This document shows, in pieces, positions 60,366 through 64,000 of a DNA stretch of 64,000 nucleotides (the first letter of the stretch is position 1; every line of letters begins with the position of its first letter). The notes under the pieces were generated by a model. That model had not been told where the DNA came from, ran no database searches, and was given only the letters and a program-made list of their open reading frames with translations. This stretch comes from an uncultured Actinomycetes bacterium. Lineage in GTDB: Bacteria > Actinomycetota > Acidimicrobiia > IMCC26256 > PALSA-610. The stretch covers positions 83,379 through 147,378 of the forward strand of contig CAWJBW010000006.1 in NCBI GenBank assembly GCA_963841215.1, given 5' to 3'. Both the position numbers and the translations under genes were made by a program.

Positions 60366-60632
60366 TCACTCGCCCCGGTCCTCGGCCAGGGCCTGGAGCA
60401 CCGCGCCGGCGCCTCGGCGTCGTCGGACCGGTGCCAGACCGCGCGTCGTCGCCGGCGTGACCCACCCGGCGTCGATGGCCGCCGAGAGGTCGACGACGCC
60501 CGGGGGAGGAGCGAGCACGGCCACGGGTCGCCCGCGGTCCGTCACGGTGATGGTTTCGCCGGCCGCCGCTCGTCGCAGATACGTCGACAGCTTCGCCTTC
60601 AACTCGCGGATGCCCGACGTCCATGTAGTCAC
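60366..60632 (-). CDS. Phd/YefM-type (prevent-host-death family) antitoxin
   Basis: GAGGG precedes the GTG at 60632. SGIRELKAKLSTYLRRAAAGETITVTDRGRPVAVLAPP. Ends 28 nt before the vapC start. Confidence 0.75.
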   Translation of the reverse strand: MTTWTSGIRELKAKLSTYLRRAAAGETITVTDRGRPVAVLAPPPGVVDLSAAIDAGWVTPATTRGLAPVRRRRGAGAVLQALAEDRGE

Positions 60633-60711
60633 ATTACCCTCGAAAGTGACCCCACTTGGCGCTGCGAGCGTTCTCATCTCCGAGAAACCAGCGAGACCTC
60701 GGCGGTCGCGG

Positions 60712-61747
60712 TCAGTTCGGATGGATTCGTTGACGTTGACGGAAGAGGAACTGCGTGATGAGCGTCGTCGCGTCGATCTCGGTCGTGACGTGCCCCCACT
60801 GGTCTTCGAACCCGGGTACGGGCCTTCCCGGCCACCCGTGGCCTCCGCCATCGACGATGTAGAGCACGGTGTCGGCTCGGCAGTGGCGCCATGTCCGCCT
60901 GCGCACCTCGGGCGAGATCCTCACCTCGACGGGATTCGGCGCGCACCGGTTGTGCGTGGCCCACGTCTGCATCGCGGCCTCGACCCCGTGGAACGCCGGC
61001 AGCCCGCTCGGCACATTGCCCTTCCAGTAGTGCAGGTCCGCGATGCGGATGGAATTGAGTCCTCCGCCCTCGTAGGTCACGATCGGATCCGCTGTGCCGT
61101 GGAACGCGATGACGGGCACCGGCCGCCCGCCGCACACGTCGTAGAACTCGACGCCGGCGACCGGAGCGACCGCGGTGATCCGGTCCGAGAGCGTGCACGC
61201 GAGGAGCGACGACATCTGCGCACCGTTCGACATCCCGGTCGAGTACACGCGCCGCGTGTCGACGCACAGCTCGGCTTCGAGCACGTCGAGCAAATCTTCG
61301 ATGAAGCGCACGTCGTAGTTGTTCGCGGTCGGAGCGGCGAGCCAGAACGGTGTCGAGCCGTCGAGGAGACCCGACGGCGCGACGCCGATGAAGTCGTGGC
61401 GCTCGGCCATGTCGGAGAAGCCGATCATGCCGGGGACGAACAGGTAGCTGACGGTCAGCGGATGCAGACCGAACACGACCGGGAGCGGCCGGCGCCCGGT
61501 CGTAGCCATCGGGCACCGTGAGCTGGAACCTCCGTTCCACACCGCCCGACGTCATCGTCTGCACCGAGACGCCCGACGGAACCGGCGTTTGCCCGCAGCC
61601 GGCGGAGCGCCGAATCGTTGCGCGTCGGGTCCCGGTGTGCTGCTCGGCGCCGCATCGGCGACGCTCGACCACACGCTCGCGGCAGTGACGATCGCGACGG
61701 CGGCGACGAGCGACTCGAATCGCGGGGCGTCGCACGCGCCGGCTCAT
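60712..61747 (-). CDS. secreted PHB-depolymerase-family / LpqC-like esterase; about three frame breaks
   Basis: Signal-like FESLVAAVAIVTAASVWSSVADA, then TSGGVERRFQLTVPDGYD, then ORF 60712..61542 with VFGLHP, STGMSNGAQM (nucleophile elbow) and AFHGTADP. Confidence 0.75.
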
Positions 61748-63204
61748 CGGCTCCCGAGCCGCCGTGAAGCTGATGACGCCGCCCTCGCCGGCCGGTCCGA
61801 ACAGGATGAAGCCGTATCCCCAGAGCACGCGTCCGTCGACGATCGACGGTCCGCATCCCGTCCGGGCGGGCGCCTGGTACGACCACAGCGCGCGCACCGG
61901 TGCTGCGTGTCGAGCGCGGCGAGGAGCCCGGTGTCGGTGCCGACGAAGGCCACGCCCGGCACGGCCCCGACCGGCGCGAAGATCATGCCCGCGAAGTCCT
62001 CGGCCTGCCACAGCACCTCGCCCGTCGCCGGATCGAGCGCGAACGCTTGTGCCACGTTCGTCGGCGCGTTGGTCGCGGGATCGCCGACGTTCGACACGAC
62101 GACGAGCTTGCCGTCGACGAACGCGCCCGACCCGATCTCGCCGCCGAAGAAGCTGCCCGGCGTCAGCGTCGCGTCTCCCACACCACCTGGCCCGTGTCGC
62201 GGTCGAGCGCGTGGTACACGCCGGCCTTGTCGCCCGCGCCGACGAGGTCGCGGCCGTTCGACGTCCACAGGTTCGGCGAGGCGCCGACGTCGGCGTCCTT
62301 GCCGGTGGGGTTGCCGGCGCTGAACACGTCGGGGTCGGTGAACTGACGTCGACCAGCGAGCTCGCCGGTCTCGGTAGTCGATCGCGAGGATCGAGTCGGC
62401 GAGCGGCCCCGTCGGTTCGGAGTAGTTGTTGCCGGCTCCCACGTAGAGCAGTCCCCGCTCGGTGTCGACCGCCGGCGTGGACCAGATGCCGACGCCGGCG
62501 CCGCTCGTCGCGTCGTTCGGCGTCGTGAAGAAGCGCCACACTTCGGCGCCCGGTCTCGGCGTCGTACGCGCCGATCGACCCGCGGAACGTGTACTCCGGA
62601 CGCGGGATCGCGACCTCGGCGCTCGCGACGCCCTGGATGACGAGGTCGTCGACGACGACGGGCGACGCGGTGATCTGCGCGAACGGGTGCTCGTTCGTCA
62701 CGACCTTCCACACGATCTCGCCCGTGCGCTTGTCGAGGCGGTAGAGCGTTCGCGCCGCTCGACACGTACACCGCGTCGGCGCGCACGGCCGGGGCGCCGA
62801 CGATGAAGCCGCCGCCGATCGCGGTGCTCCAGATCTCTTCGCCGGTGCGGGTGTCGACCGCCCAGACCGTGCCGGTCCAGTCGCCGAAGTAGGCGCGGTG
62901 GCCGTCGAGACGGTCGGCGTACCCGAGACCCCGACCAATCCGTCGATCGACCAATCCTTCGCCAGCTGCCCGACGGTCTCACGGTTGATGGTGCGCTCGC
63001 GCGCGTTCGTGCGCGTGTTCGAGTAGTCGTGGCCGTACACGAGCCAGTCGCGCCCGCGTCGAGTCGGCGACCGAGCGCGACCCTGATGGTTCCGCCTGGG
63101 CCACGGTCGTCGCGACGCACGGCGCGATCGCCGCGACGATGAGGCAACCGATCAGCATGCGACCGATCAGGCGTGCGGTGTTGTGTTGTCGCGGCTCTCT
63201 TCAT
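61744..63204 (-). CDS. secreted PQQ-like beta-propeller repeat protein; many frame breaks
   Basis: ATG at 63204. Signal-like LIGCLIVAAIAPCVATTVAQA. Fragments VYGHDYSNTRTN, YFGDWTGTVWAVDTRTGEEIW, LYRLDKRTGEIVWK, LDPATGEVLWQ and GRVLWGYGF lie in all three frames. The stop overlaps the esterase start (ATGA). Confidence 0.7.
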
Positions 63205-63246
63205 CGGGCAATGAGAACACGGAGCGGCGCGACGTGCACCGGGGGT

Positions 63247-63266
63247 CGCTGAACGAACGTTCAGCG
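63247..63266. other. perfect palindrome CGCTGAACG-AA-CGTTCAGCG overlapping the histidine-kinase stop codon
   Basis: 9-bp inverted repeat. Could be a terminator hairpin for the kinase or an operator for the downstream PQQ-like gene, which starts 43 nt away. Confidence 0.35.
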
Positions 63267-64000
63267 CGTCGCGTCGTCGAGAAGGGCGTCGTCGAGAAGG
63301 AGGTCGCGGCCGTCCCGTACGCGCGGAAGACGGACCACCAAGCGGGCGCCTGCGCCGGCCGCGGCGTCGACGTGGATCGTGCCGTGGTGTGCGTCCACGA
63401 TCGCCGACGCGATCGAGAGGCCGAGTCCGGTGCGGGCATCACCGGCCGTCCGGGCGTCGTCCAGGGTGCGGAACCGCTCGAAGATCTTCGTCCGGTCGTC
63501 CGAAGGGATGCCCGGGCCCGTCGTCGATCACAGTGAACTCGACGACGCCGTCGATCTGTTGCACCGAGAACGCGACGGTCGTCCTAGCATGACGGGCCGC
63601 GTTGCTGGCGAGGTTCTGGACCACGCGGCCAAGCTCGGTGTCGCGACCGGCAACCTGGCCTCCCGACACGTTCGACATGTCGACGCGCAGGTTCGTGGTG
63701 CGCGCGAGCTGGCGCGCCTGGCTCGAGCACGAGCTCGTCGAGATCGACCGGACGCGTCGGTACATCGCGCTCGCCGTCGTCGGCCCGTGCCAGCACCAGC
63801 AGCTCGTCGACGAGGTCCTGGAGGTGGCCGACGCGTGCCAGCGCCTCGGCTCGCACGTCGAGGACGGCAGCCGGATCGGCCGGCTCCGTCTCGAGCAGCG
63901 CGCGCACGCCCGCGATCGGCGTCCGGAGCTCGTGGCTCGCGTCGGCGACGAACTGGCGCTCGCGGTTGACGGCGACGTCGAGCCGCTCGAGCAGCTCGTT
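63261..64000 (-). CDS. sensor histidine kinase, C-terminal part (5' end outside the window); about two frame breaks
   Basis: H-box FVADASHELRTPIAG, N-box VVQNLASNAARHA, G-boxes IDDGPGIP and GTGLGLSIASAIV (reconstructed across frames). Stop TGA at 63263-63261. Confidence 0.8.

Noticed and set aside
60674-63040. 788-aa minus-strand ORF spanning the esterase and PQQ-like regions as if they were one protein.
   Set aside because: Only short stretches of it read like protein (for example YGHDYSNTRTN, LYRLDKRTGEIVWK, GRVLWGYGF); the rest is Arg-rich. The real coding path hops between the three frames and comprises two genes with an ATGA junction at 61744-61747.
63247-63266. CGCTGAACGAACGTTCAGCG considered as a second SOS box (it contains GAAC-N4-GTTC).
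   Set aside because: The flanks are TGAAC/GTTCA rather than CGAAC/GTTCG. The element overlaps a stop codon, where a terminator hairpin is an equally good explanation. I kept it only as an unclassified palindrome.

Overview
Very GC-rich, gene-dense segment that looks like actinobacterial chromosome. Supporting hallmarks are mycothiol-type DinB/TIGR03083/TIGR03086 proteins, WS/DGAT, an LAL regulator, a cyclase-STAND regulator, a DUF222-HNH gene behind a Cheo-type SOS box, VapBC, and many 4-nt start/stop overlaps. I can support about 60 protein genes, one initiator tRNA-Met, and several short repeat or palindrome elements. I recognised no rRNA, CRISPR, transposase or integrase. Recognisable proteins change reading frame roughly once per kb. 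I therefore merged ORF-track fragments wherever protein-family continuity was obvious across a frame break. Junction positions are approximate, and I cannot tell from sequence alone whether the breaks are assembly errors or real pseudogenisation. Gene content in order: ECF/ABC and MFS transporters; a membrane-GAF-adenylate cyclase; a PsiE-like/phospholipase D fusion; an ABC-2 exporter; tRNA-fMet; an LAL-type LuxR regulator followed by a small secreted protein with three QDPLVTRFG repeats; a YciI/ECF-sigma pair; three giant secreted repeat proteins; a P450-SDR pair; a WS/DGAT lipid module. It continues with a LacI-controlled locus holding three PhyH-type dioxygenases, a fucose-isomerase-like protein and an FGGY kinase; a cyclase-ATPase-TPR protein; an RPH-like PEP-utilising enzyme coupled to two membrane proteins; a segmentally duplicated PCD/VOC region; VapBC; and a partial histidine kinase. 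The best candidate for something undescribed is the LAL regulator plus multi-copy peptide precursor cassette at 15678-18940. It has the layout of a receptor/propeptide signalling pair, but the receptor carries three lesions in this sequence.
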